Positions 38,560-47,407 of a stretch of 64,000 nt of DNA are shown in pieces (position 1 is the stretch's first letter; each line of letters starts with the position of its first letter). Made by a program: the position numbers and the translations under genes. Origin of the DNA: Blastocatellia bacterium. Lineage in GTDB: Bacteria; Acidobacteriota; Blastocatellia; UBA7656. The DNA is taken from positions 4,934,780 through 4,998,779 of the forward strand of contig CAWDRU010000002.1 in the NCBI GenBank assembly GCA_963804815.1, read 5' to 3'. Under the pieces are notes generated by a model. That model did no database searches. It was given only the letters and a program-made list of their open reading frames with translations, and was not told where the DNA came from.

Positions 38560-40920
38560 CTACTGCTCGCCGCGCCGTTCTGCTTCGAGCGCGCGTCGGA
38601 CGCGGAGGAATTCGTCTTCAAGCTCTCTGGCCATCTCGGCGGCCCCAACGACTGAACCCGCACGGCCAATCGTTTCCAACTCGGCGCAGATCGCCGTCAT
38701 CCGCGTAGCGCCGAGGTTGCCGCAACTGCTCTTTAAGGAATGCGATTTGTTGGCAAGCACATGAGCATCGGCCTGCGCTATCGCCTTTTGTATGATCGCC
38801 AGATGAGCTGTTACTTCTTCAAAAAACAGGTCGATCAGCGACGAGAAAAAATCAGGCTCGCCTTTTATCTGAAGCTTGCGCAGGCTTTCAATCACGCGCG
38901 CGTCCAGCGAAACAGTCTCGCTTGCGGCAATCTCTTCGGTCTGCCCGGCTGTTTCTGATCGAAGCGATTGTTTCCCGACCCATCGTTCGAGAACTTCGGC
39001 AAGCTCGCGCTGCCTGAAGGGCTTGCTGATATAGTCGTCCATCCCGGCGGCTAAACAGAGGTCGCGGTCTTCCGGCAAAGCGTACGCGGTCATCGCAATG
39101 ATTACGGTGTGCCTCGAATCAGCTTCGCGCCGCCTTATCTCTTTTGTCGCCTGATACCCATCCATCTCAGGCATCTGGCAGTCCATCAGCACTATGTCGT
39201 AAGCGATTTTCTCCAACGCGTCAATCGCTTCTCGCCCGTTTGAGACGGTGTCGGTTTTATAACCGGCTCGCTGAAGCTGCAACACTCCGACCTCGCGATT
39301 GACGGCATTGTCTTCGACAAGCAATATGCGAATCTGCTGGCGGCGTTCGCGCGAAGATTGCCTTTCGGGCGGCGCGTGATTTTGCCGGGCTTTAACGCTT
39401 TCGACGCCGGTCTGTTTTTCCAGCGGCGCGGTAAACCAGAATGTCGAGCCACGGCCCGGCTCGCTTTCAATTCCTATCTCTCCGCCCATCAATTCAACGA
39501 TCTGTTTAGAGATTGCCAGCCCAAGCCCCGTGCCGCCGTATTTGCGCGTCGTCGAACTGTCGGCTTGAGTGAAAGGCTGAAAAAGGTGTTGCTGCGCTTC
39601 GGGTGAAATTCCGATCCCTGTATCGCTCACGGCAAAACGGACAGTGATGCGCGATTCGCTTTCGCCTTCTCTGCTGACATGGATACGCACCTCGCCCTCT
39701 TCGGTAAATTTCACCGCATTGCTCAACAGGTTCGCGAGCACCTGACCCAATCGAACAGGGTCGCCGCGAAGCCTCCTGTGCACGCCCTCGTCAATGTGCC
39801 ACCCAAGGTCGATATCTTTTGCGCGCGCGCGTTCGACAAGCATATCTGCCACTCTTTCGACCGTCGTGCCGAGGTCGAAGTCAATGGTTTCGAGCACGAG
39901 TTTTCCCGCTTCAATTTTCGAGAAGTCGAGGATGTCATTGATTATTGCCAGCAGCGTATCGGCGCTGAACTGCGCGGTCTCGACGAGCTTGCGCTGGTCG
40001 GCGGTCAACTCGGTGCCCAGCAGCAGATCGACCATGCCGATGACGCCGTTCATTGGCGTGCGAATCTCGTGGCTCATCGTCGCCAGAAAATTCGCCTTGG
40101 CGCGAGCGGCCTCAAGCGCCTCCTCGCGCGCGCGGATCAATTCGCGCTCCAGTCGCTTTCGCTTAGTGATGTCGCGCACAATGGCAAGCGTCTCATCTTC
40201 GCCGCTCACGATGACGCGCAATTCGTAATCGCGGTCTTCAAGCTCGTACTCGAAGATTTGCGCGATGCCGTTTTCCATCTCCGCCTCGCCGCACTGTTCG
40301 ATCTGTCGCGCCATCTCAGGCGGCAAAACATCCGAGACATTTTTTCTTATGAGGTCCGAGGAGTGAGGCAGCAATTCGATGCCGCGCTTCGGGCGGTAAT
40401 CGAGAATCAACCCCTGTCGGCTCATTCTCAACATCAGATCCGGTATCGCGTTGAGCAGCGCCTGATTGCGGGCCTCGCTTTTTCTGAGCGCATCTTCGGT
40501 GCGAGCGAGTCGTTCGTAATCCAGGCTTTTCTCTCTGGCTTTCTGCGCAAGCGTCTGTATCTCTTCGTAGTTGAAGCGGAGTAGCTCGATGACAAGCAAC
40601 CTACGCGTCCCTATCCTCAGCGCGGCGGCTTCGAGGTGGCAGAGCTTCCCGGTCGAATCGGTCTCGCTCCACGGGCCGGACTTCAATCTATCGACACGGC
40701 CCGCAGTCCAGAAAGAATTGGCTTCCCAGAGAAAGTGCTCAAGGAAGATGAAAACGTCCTGTGGTCTGATCGTCTCGCTTGCAGAGATCGGCGCGGGGTA
40801 GAGGCGGGCGAACCAGTCCGGCGCGCTCCCCATCAATTTGAAAGAGCCATCTTCGAGTCTATCCATCGCCACGATATCGAGCGCGGCAAGCATCTCTGAA
40901 TTGATCGTTTCGTCAGCCAT
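38560..40920 (-). CDS. hybrid sensor histidine kinase (unknown N-terminal domain, PAS, HisKA, HATPase, REC, Hpt)
   Basis: H-box [11 protein letters not shown]-box [10 protein letters not shown], receiver LLVEDNAVN...[12 protein letters not shown]-terminal Hpt ([12 protein letters not shown]). Confidence 0.85.
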   Translation of the reverse strand: MADETINSEMLAALDIVAMDRLEDGSFKLMGSAPDWFARLYPAPISASETIRPQDVFIFLEHFLWEANSFWTAGRVDRLKSGPWSETDSTGKLCHLEAAALRIGTRRLLVIELLRFNYEEIQTLAQKAREKSLDYERLARTEDALRKSEARNQALLNAIPDLMLRMSRQGLILDYRPKRGIELLPHSSDLIRKNVSDVLPPEMARQIEQCGEAEMENGIAQIFEYELEDRDYELRVIVSGEDETLAIVRDITKRKRLERELIRAREEALEAARAKANFLATMSHEIRTPMNGVIGMVDLLLGTELTADQRKLVETAQFSADTLLAIINDILDFSKIEAGKLVLETIDFDLGTTVERVADMLVERARAKDIDLGWHIDEGVHRRLRGDPVRLGQVLANLLSNAVKFTEEGEVRIHVSREGESESRITVRFAVSDTGIGISPEAQQHLFQPFTQADSSTTRKYGGTGLGLAISKQIVELMGGEIGIESEPGRGSTFWFTAPLEKQTGVESVKARQNHAPPERQSSRERRQQIRILLVEDNAVNREVGVLQLQRAGYKTDTVSNGREAIDALEKIAYDIVLMDCQMPEMDGYQATKEIRRREADSRHTVIIAMTAYALPEDRDLCLAAGMDDYISKPFRQRELAEVLERWVGKQSLRSETAGQTEEIAASETVSLDARVIESLRKLQIKGEPDFFSSLIDLFFEEVTAHLAIIQKAIAQADAHVLANKSHSLKSSCGNLGATRMTAICAELETIGRAGSVVGAAEMARELEDEFLRVRRALEAERRGEQ

Positions 40921-41417
40921 TAACCTTTGATCATCTTTTCGCCGATTGATTGAAAAACCTCTTCCACATTCTCGCCGGTCTTTGCGCTCGTTTCAAACAC
41001 GACCCAGCCCTTCTGTGTGAGCGCCGCGATCTCCGAATCCTGAATCTCCCATTCGCTTTTCAGGTCCGATTTGTTTATCAGGAGGATGAACGGCGCGCTG
41101 CCTATCTCGTTTTCCGCGCGTTGTTGAAGCTCGGCGGCTTTATCAAGCGTCGCTCGCCGCGTGCCGTCAGCGACCAGAAAATAGCCCGCCGAGCCGCGCA
41201 GGTAAGATGTGCGTAACTGTAGAAATTCGTCCTCGCCCGCAAGGTCCCAGAGTATGAGCGTCATCTCCTGACCGCCGACGCTCAGGCTCTTTTTATCAAT
41301 CTTCACGCCCACCGTCGTCAGATACTTATCCGAGAATATGCTTTTGACGAAGCGCGCGACAAGACTAGTCTTGCCCACTGCGAAAGCCCCAACCATGCAA
41401 ATTTTTTTCTGAATCAC
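40920..41417 (-). CDS. Ras-superfamily small GTPase (Ras/Rab-like)
   Basis: All five G-boxes present: GAFAVGKTS (G1), TTVGV (G2), WDLAGED (G3), NKSD (G4), ETSAK (G5). Its stop overlaps the start of the hybrid kinase (TAATG). Confidence 0.8.
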   Translation of the reverse strand: MIQKKICMVGAFAVGKTSLVARFVKSIFSDKYLTTVGVKIDKKSLSVGGQEMTLILWDLAGEDEFLQLRTSYLRGSAGYFLVADGTRRATLDKAAELQQRAENEIGSAPFILLINKSDLKSEWEIQDSEIAALTQKGWVVFETSAKTGENVEEVFQSIGEKMIKG

Positions 41418-41447
41418 TGCCCTAACGCCTCTCTGTTGGCGGCCTCT

Positions 41448-43175
41448 TTACAGGCCCATCACTTTGAATGTTACCTTCCGCTCAATCGTGCGGCGACCTT
41501 GTGCGCCGGTCGAAACGACTTCATCCGGCTTCACGCCTCTTGCGATCAGGGCGGCACGAACGGTATCAGCGCGCTGCTGGCGAAGCCGTTCGTTGCCTTC
41601 TTCGGTTCCGGTTTGATCTGTGTAACCTGAAACCTCTACGCGGACGGCTTTCCCGATCTCGCGCGACAGCGTGCCGAGCGCCTGAATGTCAGACGCGATT
41701 TTATGAAGAGCATCATCCTGATCCGGCGATAGATTCGGGCTTCCCGCATCGAACGTGACGGCGCTTCGTTCAATCTGCTGCCTGAGCGACGCGATTTTAT
41801 TCTCTGCTCCATCTGCGTCAATCAGTCTCTCTTCGCGAAAACCTGTGACGCCGGAGATCATCTGCGCAAGCCTGCGAGCTTCTATAATCCATGTGTGCGG
41901 GGCGATGCCTTCGGCAAAAAGCGCGCCGTCTTCGATTCTGAGCGCGACCGTTTCGGGCGGCTGGAGCAGGCTCTTTGCTCTGGCCAGCGCGAATTCGGGA
42001 TAAGCGGATTGATAAGGCTCCCACCGGCTTATGACATCTTCAGGAGCGATATTCGTCGCTTCAAATTTCGTCGATGGGTCCGTGGCCATCGGGTCGCGCA
42101 GTCCTGTGATGAAATATTTTCCGCCGCGCTTTTCTTCGGAAACGACGACAAGGCCCGGCTCCTGTTTGAGCGCGCTCACATAACTGTTCCAGCGGCTGCG
42201 GTCACGAATCGAAAAGAACAACCAGACGCCAAGCGCCAGCACGACTGCGGCAATCGCAATCCAGATGACTGGTGAAGCCTTCTTATGCCGGGTCTCCAGT
42301 TGCATTCGGAGGCAGTTTTCAAGTTCGTCGCGAGACGCATCAAACGGCGCGGCGTCTCCTTCAAATGAATCGAGCGCGGCCCTTTGCCGCAGATGAATCT
42401 GGTCGAGCGCGTCCTGCAAGGTCGCGCGAAGCTCGCCCGGAGCATTGCCGCGAATGACTGCTGCGATCACCGCCTGTTCGCCCTGCTCTATCCAGACCGT
42501 CAGTTCTCCAACCTGCAGGGATTGAAGTTCGTCGCCTTTTTCAGCGCCCAGTGAATCGCGAACGAAATCCTGAATCGCCGTCAGCATCCCTGACACAAGG
42601 TCGGCATCCTGAGTCGATACGGACGCTCGCGCCACGTGTTGAAGCAACAGGCCCGTGCTCTTGTGTATTAGAAAGACCTGCTCGACGCTGTAGAGCAGGG
42701 TGTGTGTGAGCACGACTTCTGCGAACGGCTTGCCCGTTCTTATCCCTTCGATTCTCCACTTCAGACCCTTGAGCGAAAGGCTGTGTTCAAGGGTCTGGTT
42801 TAGCGATTGAACCATCTGACCGAATATTTGAGAGATGGTCTTTCGGATGGCCGGGCCGATGACGGGAAAGATGGCGTTTGCTAAAGTCTCAGGATTTTTT
42901 CTGACCGAGGCCGTGATGCCTTCTTCGATTGCAGGCATCAGCGCCTTTGTGAATCGCTTGTCGCGGGACGTGCGAAGCAGGATTGCGTCGGGCAGCACGC
43001 GGCTGACAGCTTCGGTCTGGAGTTTCGGATCATCCAGCCGATGTTGCAGTTCGTTTATCCGGGACTGCTCCTCAGAGAAAAGCAGACTGCGAAGCTCGGA
43101 CAGGTCTTCCTGATTCGTATCGCAATCATCACCTTCGGCTTCCGCAGTGCCGCCTTCTCTGATCATTTCAGCCAT
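41448..43175 (-). CDS. bitopic membrane protein: cytoplasmic N-domain (roadblock/LC7-like?), one TM, periplasmic OmpA/MotB peptidoglycan-binding domain
   Basis: TM PVIWIAIAAVVLALGVWLFF. C-terminal RVEVSGYTDQTGTEEGNERLRQQRADTVRAAL OmpA-like motif. Start set at MAEMIREGG. That ATG overlaps the upstream gene's stop by 8 nt. Confidence 0.6.
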   Translation of the reverse strand: MAEMIREGGTAEAEGDDCDTNQEDLSELRSLLFSEEQSRINELQHRLDDPKLQTEAVSRVLPDAILLRTSRDKRFTKALMPAIEEGITASVRKNPETLANAIFPVIGPAIRKTISQIFGQMVQSLNQTLEHSLSLKGLKWRIEGIRTGKPFAEVVLTHTLLYSVEQVFLIHKSTGLLLQHVARASVSTQDADLVSGMLTAIQDFVRDSLGAEKGDELQSLQVGELTVWIEQGEQAVIAAVIRGNAPGELRATLQDALDQIHLRQRAALDSFEGDAAPFDASRDELENCLRMQLETRHKKASPVIWIAIAAVVLALGVWLFFSIRDRSRWNSYVSALKQEPGLVVVSEEKRGGKYFITGLRDPMATDPSTKFEATNIAPEDVISRWEPYQSAYPEFALARAKSLLQPPETVALRIEDGALFAEGIAPHTWIIEARRLAQMISGVTGFREERLIDADGAENKIASLRQQIERSAVTFDAGSPNLSPDQDDALHKIASDIQALGTLSREIGKAVRVEVSGYTDQTGTEEGNERLRQQRADTVRAALIARGVKPDEVVSTGAQGRRTIERKVTFKVMGL

Positions 43176-43751
43176 TGCCCAGGTCCCCCGCGCCTGGAAG
43201 CGTGAATTCGTTGTTGAGCCGCAACGCAAGCTCTGTGAACATATCGGCGAGCGCGGAACGGTCGGTCTTGTCATTGCGAAGTTCTCCGGCTTCGCGGTCG
43301 AGCGCGGCTGAAAGCTCTTCGTATTTTTGACGAATATCGCTGCTGAGATTCTTTGACTGATCCAGTATCTGGTCGCGAAGCTCGCGTTGTGTCTTTGTGA
43401 CCTTCTCGTCGAGTTGAACGGTCTTCTTCTCTACGGTCCGGGTCAAATCCTTGAGTTCGCGCGACAGTTCCTTAACAGATTCCGACCGCTCGCCCTGTTC
43501 GGTTTTCCAGCGGTCAGTTAGAGATTCGATTTCGCCTTTGATATAGGATTCAAGCGAATCGAAGCGCATCTTTATTTCGCCTCTCAGGTCGGACGACTCT
43601 CTGGCGATTCGTTCTTCCAACCGAATGATCCTCTTTTCGTACTCGCGCGACTGAGCGCCAAAGAGTATATCCCTGACTTTATCGAGGCTTCCTGCGCCTG
43701 CAAGGTCTGCCCCGGGCTACCATCGTTACGTGTTTTTTTCTCTTCAGCCAT
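43168..43751 (-). CDS. coiled-coil protein with apparent frameshift in a CCCCGGGG run (sequencing error or pseudogene)
   Basis: N-terminus MAEEKKTRNDGSPG (frame A, ATG at about 43751) and body ...SLDKVRDILFGAQSREYEKRIIRLEERIARESSDLRGEIKMRF... (frame B, ends 43168). One extra G in the run at about 43709-43717 would fuse them into about 194 aa. Confidence 0.35.
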
Positions 43752-44024
43752 ACTTTTAGGTTTGCTCCTTATTTTAGAATTGCTTTTATTGCCTGCCGCT
43801 TTATTCGACCGGTTGTTCGATTTGGTCTTCTTCAATATAGTCGCTTTGATCCGCTTTTTACCAAGCATATATTCATCTCTGAGGACAGGCTTGATCGGCA
43901 TATAATTGGAAGTCCCAACCGCGAGGCAGCCCAAGTATATCACACGCCTGAATATGTCGCGTAAAGAATATCCGGGGAGATCCGGTATCGACGGGCGGGA
44001 TTAAACTGCCTGAGGAATGGCCTT

Positions 44025-44825
44025 TTAATTTGCAGATTTCTTTTCCAGTTCGAGCGCGCAACAGACGCGACGGAATTCTTCTTCGAGCGTCAAAACGAGC
44101 GCGGCTGTGCCGTGCATATGGCCTGCGCGGCTGCGGTCTTCGACGATGTCACACAGCGCATGCATTCGCCGCGCGCCGACCTGACCGCTGCTGCCTTTGA
44201 GCGTATGAGCCGCCACGGCAAGCGCCCGCGAGTCGTCCATCGCGAGAGCCTCTTTCATCCTGTCAATCCTCGTGGGCGAATCTTTTATGAACATATCGAT
44301 CAGTTCCGACAGAAATTCGGGACAGGACGCTTTTGTAAGATTGCGAAGGTTATTTATCACTTCGCGGTCTATCACTTTCGTCAGGGCGTATTCATCGTCC
44401 GTCGCGTCCAGCTTAGCCGACGTTGCCTGCGTCCAATGCGCAAGCACCGCTGCGAGGTCTTCCTGCCGGGCTGGCTTTTTGATGTAATCATCCATGCCGG
44501 ATTGAAAGCAGCGTTCGCGATTCGCTTCAACCGCGTTATCGGTCATTGCGATGATCGTCGTGTGACGCGACTGGCCTTCGCGCCGCCTTATCTCCTGCGT
44601 CGCTTCGTAGCCGTCCATCTCAGGCATCTGGCAGTCCATCAGCACTACGTCATAAGCGGTTTTTGAAAGAGCTTCGAGCGCTTCCAGTCCATTGCTCGCG
44701 GCATCGGCTATGTATCCGAGCATTTGAAGCTGACGAAGCGCTATCCGCTGATTCACCGCATTGTCTTCTACAAGCAGTATGCGAGCCGGTTTTGACAATG
44801 TGTTTGTGGATTCGCTTCCTGCCAT
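44025..44825 (-). CDS. REC-Hpt phosphorelay protein (paralog of the C-terminus of the hybrid kinase)
   Basis: [10 protein letters not shown]...[34 protein letters not shown] is almost motif-for-motif identical to the hybrid kinase receiver. C-terminal Hpt (HTLKGSSGQVGA). Confidence 0.75.
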   Translation of the reverse strand: MAGSESTNTLSKPARILLVEDNAVNQRIALRQLQMLGYIADAASNGLEALEALSKTAYDVVLMDCQMPEMDGYEATQEIRRREGQSRHTTIIAMTDNAVEANRERCFQSGMDDYIKKPARQEDLAAVLAHWTQATSAKLDATDDEYALTKVIDREVINNLRNLTKASCPEFLSELIDMFIKDSPTRIDRMKEALAMDDSRALAVAAHTLKGSSGQVGARRMHALCDIVEDRSRAGHMHGTAALVLTLEEEFRRVCCALELEKKSAN

Positions 44826-44943
44826 AAGTTTCACCCGACGGAAGATTCACTTGACGGGTCGCCTGCGCGTCATCACACCGGCGATGGAGAGAAACGATAA
44901 TACTGTAAACAGCAGCCCGTCCGTAAGAGAGAGTGAGGCTTGC

Positions 44944-45372
44944 TCAAGCAGACATCAGGCACTGTGCGGGCAACATTCGATCAGAAGAATCGGTCACAAA
45001 CGGCGATTTTTTGTCGCTTTTGATGAGAGTAAGGCTGATAACAACAGAAGTGATCAGCCGCTCCATCCCGGCAGACGACAGGATATAGAAGACCGCGCGC
45101 CCGCCAACCTGTAGCCCGGAACTTTCGCTCACCTCTACATCCGCGCCTTCAATTATCGAGCCGATCAGTATAGCGCTGCGCGGCCTATCGTTCAGGACTC
45201 CGCCGGAAAGCATCCCCTGCCGCAGCGACGCATCAGCAAAGACAAATCGATAGATGTTGTTGCCGGTCTTTATCTCTATCATGTCGTTGTTGCTTATGTT
45301 GTCAAGCGATAGTCTGCCGCTATCATTATTCCCGGCATCCCGTCGATCTTTGTATTCACTTGAGAAACTCAT
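44944..45372 (-). CDS. hypothetical protein
   Basis: Start at MSFSSEYKD preceded by GAGGA. No family recognised. Confidence 0.35.
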   Translation of the reverse strand: MSFSSEYKDRRDAGNNDSGRLSLDNISNNDMIEIKTGNNIYRFVFADASLRQGMLSGGVLNDRPRSAILIGSIIEGADVEVSESSGLQVGGRAVFYILSSAGMERLITSVVISLTLIKSDKKSPFVTDSSDRMLPAQCLMSA

Positions 45373-45696
45373 ATCAGTTTCCTCGCCTGTCGAATAGAGG
45401 GGGAGCCGAAGCCGAGCGGAGTGAGCATTCCACATAAGCTTCGGCGTCCCCGTGCCAGCCCGACATCATCCCCATCCTAGTTGCCGAGCTAGAGCACTCT
45501 TTGTTCGGCTCGCAAGGCGCGTCTGTCGCTGCCAGCTTTGCGCCGAATAAAACTTCTCACTAATAAAACTCATCACTTGCCAACGAGGCCATTAGACCAC
45601 AGGGCCGTTTTTCGCGCATCGTGCGGGACGCCTATTTTTGATAGCTGCGGGAGACCATTTTTTCTGAGCGCGCATGGTCGCGCCAGCCTATCGCCC

Positions 45697-45712
45697 CGGC
45701 ACAATTGTGCCG
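45697..45712. promoter_or_regulatory. 16-bp perfect palindrome CGGCACAATTGTGCCG
   Basis: Seen directly. A related palindrome lies at 46573. Confidence 0.35.
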
Positions 45713-45818
45713 CTTTGATTGAAGCAGGTTCACAGCTGACGAAAAAAAGAATTGCCGGATTATGAGGTGATCGTCGCTGGCAGGATAGAGTAAATATATG
45801 TGGGGATTACTGGAAGAG

Positions 45819-45874
45819 GTCTGGCCCGAAGCTAATTGATCCCCCCGTGCGCGTCCCCGACTTCGGGCCAGACC
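45819..45874 (-). terminator. 14-bp-stem hairpin downstream of GlsB-family gene
   Basis: ggtctggcccgaag ...28 nt... cttcgggccagacc. Weak U-tract. Confidence 0.35.
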
Positions 45875-45953
45875 CTGTGCGAGCCTTTGACAAATGAGGG
45901 TTCAGATATCAATAGCTCGAATAAAATTCATTTCAGATTTGCGACTACGCCAT

Positions 45954-46220
45954 TTACGCCTTCGGGCCGAACTTTCGCCATAACCACAGCAAAATGATCG
46001 CTCCCAGAAGTGAAAACAGGAAGCTGGGACGCAAAAGCGCGTCTTCCCTTCCATCTTTTGCTCCTAAAATCAGGCGGCCCAGAAATCCGCCTACTAAAGA
46101 CCCGGCTACACCCAGCACTATCGTAGCGATGATGCCCATAGGGTCTTTACCCGGCAGGATCAAACGCGCCAGCGCGCCTGCGATAAGCCCAACGATCAGC
46201 ATGCCTATGATGTGAAACAT
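45954..46220 (-). CDS. GlsB/YeaQ/YmgE family (transglycosylase-associated) small membrane protein
   Basis: Trimmed to MFHIIGMLIVGLIAGALARLILPGKDPMGIIATIVLGVAGSLVGGFLG. AGGAG RBS. Confidence 0.7.
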   Translation of the reverse strand: MFHIIGMLIVGLIAGALARLILPGKDPMGIIATIVLGVAGSLVGGFLGRLILGAKDGREDALLRPSFLFSLLGAIILLWLWRKFGPKA

Positions 46221-46572
46221 AGTCTTCGCTCTCCTTTCAGGATTCGTTTCGACGCGGCCCCTCTCAAATCGGTAAAGCATCACGCCCGTTGTTGATTAGT
46301 GGTCGCAAGTTTTGATGGCTAATCATACTCTTATCTCGCGCCGATACAAGCTCTCCGATATCAGCCCGGTTGAAGAATCAAAAGGGCGCGTTTCAATCCG
46401 CTCGTGGATAGAGCTTATTCCCTATAAGCTTATGATGAAGCATGGAGAGAATCATCCACTCCTTTGAAACGCGCCTCTCATGTTTGCGATTAAAACACGA
46501 CCTGTCGTAATGCGCATCGTACGCGGCTCCTAATTCGGGCAACACTCGACTCCTATTTTTTGCAGCGCGCAA

Positions 46573-46588
46573 TGGCACAATTATGCCA
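46573..46588. promoter_or_regulatory. 16-bp palindrome TGGCACAATTATGCCA
   Basis: Related to the 45697 palindrome (core GGCACAATT-TGCC). Sits between the GlsB-family gene and the NarL-type regulator. Confidence 0.35.
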
Positions 46589-46604
46589 TAAGTTTTTTTG
46601 AGTC

Positions 46605-47288
46605 TCAGCGAGGCGGGTCGGCGAGTTTATGCTTGTATGCATAGATCAGAAGCTCTACGCGGTCGCCAACATCGAGTTTGTCGAAGATGGAAGTCAGGTG
46701 ATGGCGCACGGTCGTTTCGCTGATGAAGAGTCGGTCGGCTATCTCTTTGTTCCTGATGCCCTCGCCGATCAGCGTAACGACCTCTCTCTCTCGATTCGTC
46801 AGCGTGGCTATCTTTTCCGCTTCGGGATCAGGGGTTTTGGGTTTGGGCGCGCGCGACATTTCGCCCAGCATGCTTGCCGTCGTCGCAGGGTCGAGCCACG
46901 CTTCCCCTCTGCGAACCACCTTGATGGCGTTTATCAGCACGTCAGCGGCTTTGTCCTTGGCCACTATGCCCATAGCGCCAAGCATGAGGGCTTTTTTGTA
47001 AACTTCCGTGCTGCGCATACCCGTCAGTATGATTATTCGCGCAGCATTTGCGGCGGCAAGCAGATCGGCGATGATCTCTGTGCCGTTGAAATCGCCCATA
47101 TCGAGGTCGAGCAGAATGATGTCCGGGTTTTCACTCGCGGCCAGCGCCAACGCCTCAGCACGATTGCCCGCTTCGCCAACCATTTTCATATCGGGCTGGC
47201 TGTCGATTATCATGCGCAAGCCTGTGCGAACCACCAGATGATCATCCACCAGAAGCACTCGAATATGTTTTGCGCCGGAGTTGTCCAT
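46605..47288 (-). CDS. NarL/LuxR-family response regulator
   Basis: Receiver VLLVDDH...LLDLDMGD. C-terminal LuxR HTH LTNREREVVTLIGEGIRNKEIADRLFISETTVRHHLTSIFDKL. Confidence 0.85.
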   Translation of the reverse strand: MDNSGAKHIRVLLVDDHLVVRTGLRMIIDSQPDMKMVGEAGNRAEALALAASENPDIILLDLDMGDFNGTEIIADLLAAANAARIIILTGMRSTEVYKKALMLGAMGIVAKDKAADVLINAIKVVRRGEAWLDPATTASMLGEMSRAPKPKTPDPEAEKIATLTNREREVVTLIGEGIRNKEIADRLFISETTVRHHLTSIFDKLDVGDRVELLIYAYKHKLADPPR

Positions 47289-47407
47289 AGCGACTTTGAC
47301 GCGTGCAAGCGAGGATTGAGAAGCCAGCCTGATTTTACTTCACATAGCCCGCGCCGGGCAATCATAGAATTAGCATTGCTTGACACCCGGAAATCGCGGC
47401 TCGTAGC

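Noticed and set aside
39679-40584. 301-aa + strand ORF
   Set aside because: It lies entirely antisense within the well-supported hybrid histidine kinase gene and has the Arg/Ala-rich composition of a high-GC shadow frame.
43584-43943. 119-aa ORF as an independent gene
   Set aside because: Its first 64 codons are Lys/Asn/Ser-rich read-through of AT-rich intergenic DNA. The real coding part begins at MAEEKK and continues in another frame (frameshifted coiled-coil gene).
46573-46588. Sigma-54 promoter (TGGCAC-N5-TGC)
   Set aside because: GG-to-GC spacing is one nucleotide shorter than the strict -24/-12 consensus, and the sequence is a symmetric palindrome. It is more consistent with a dimeric regulator site.
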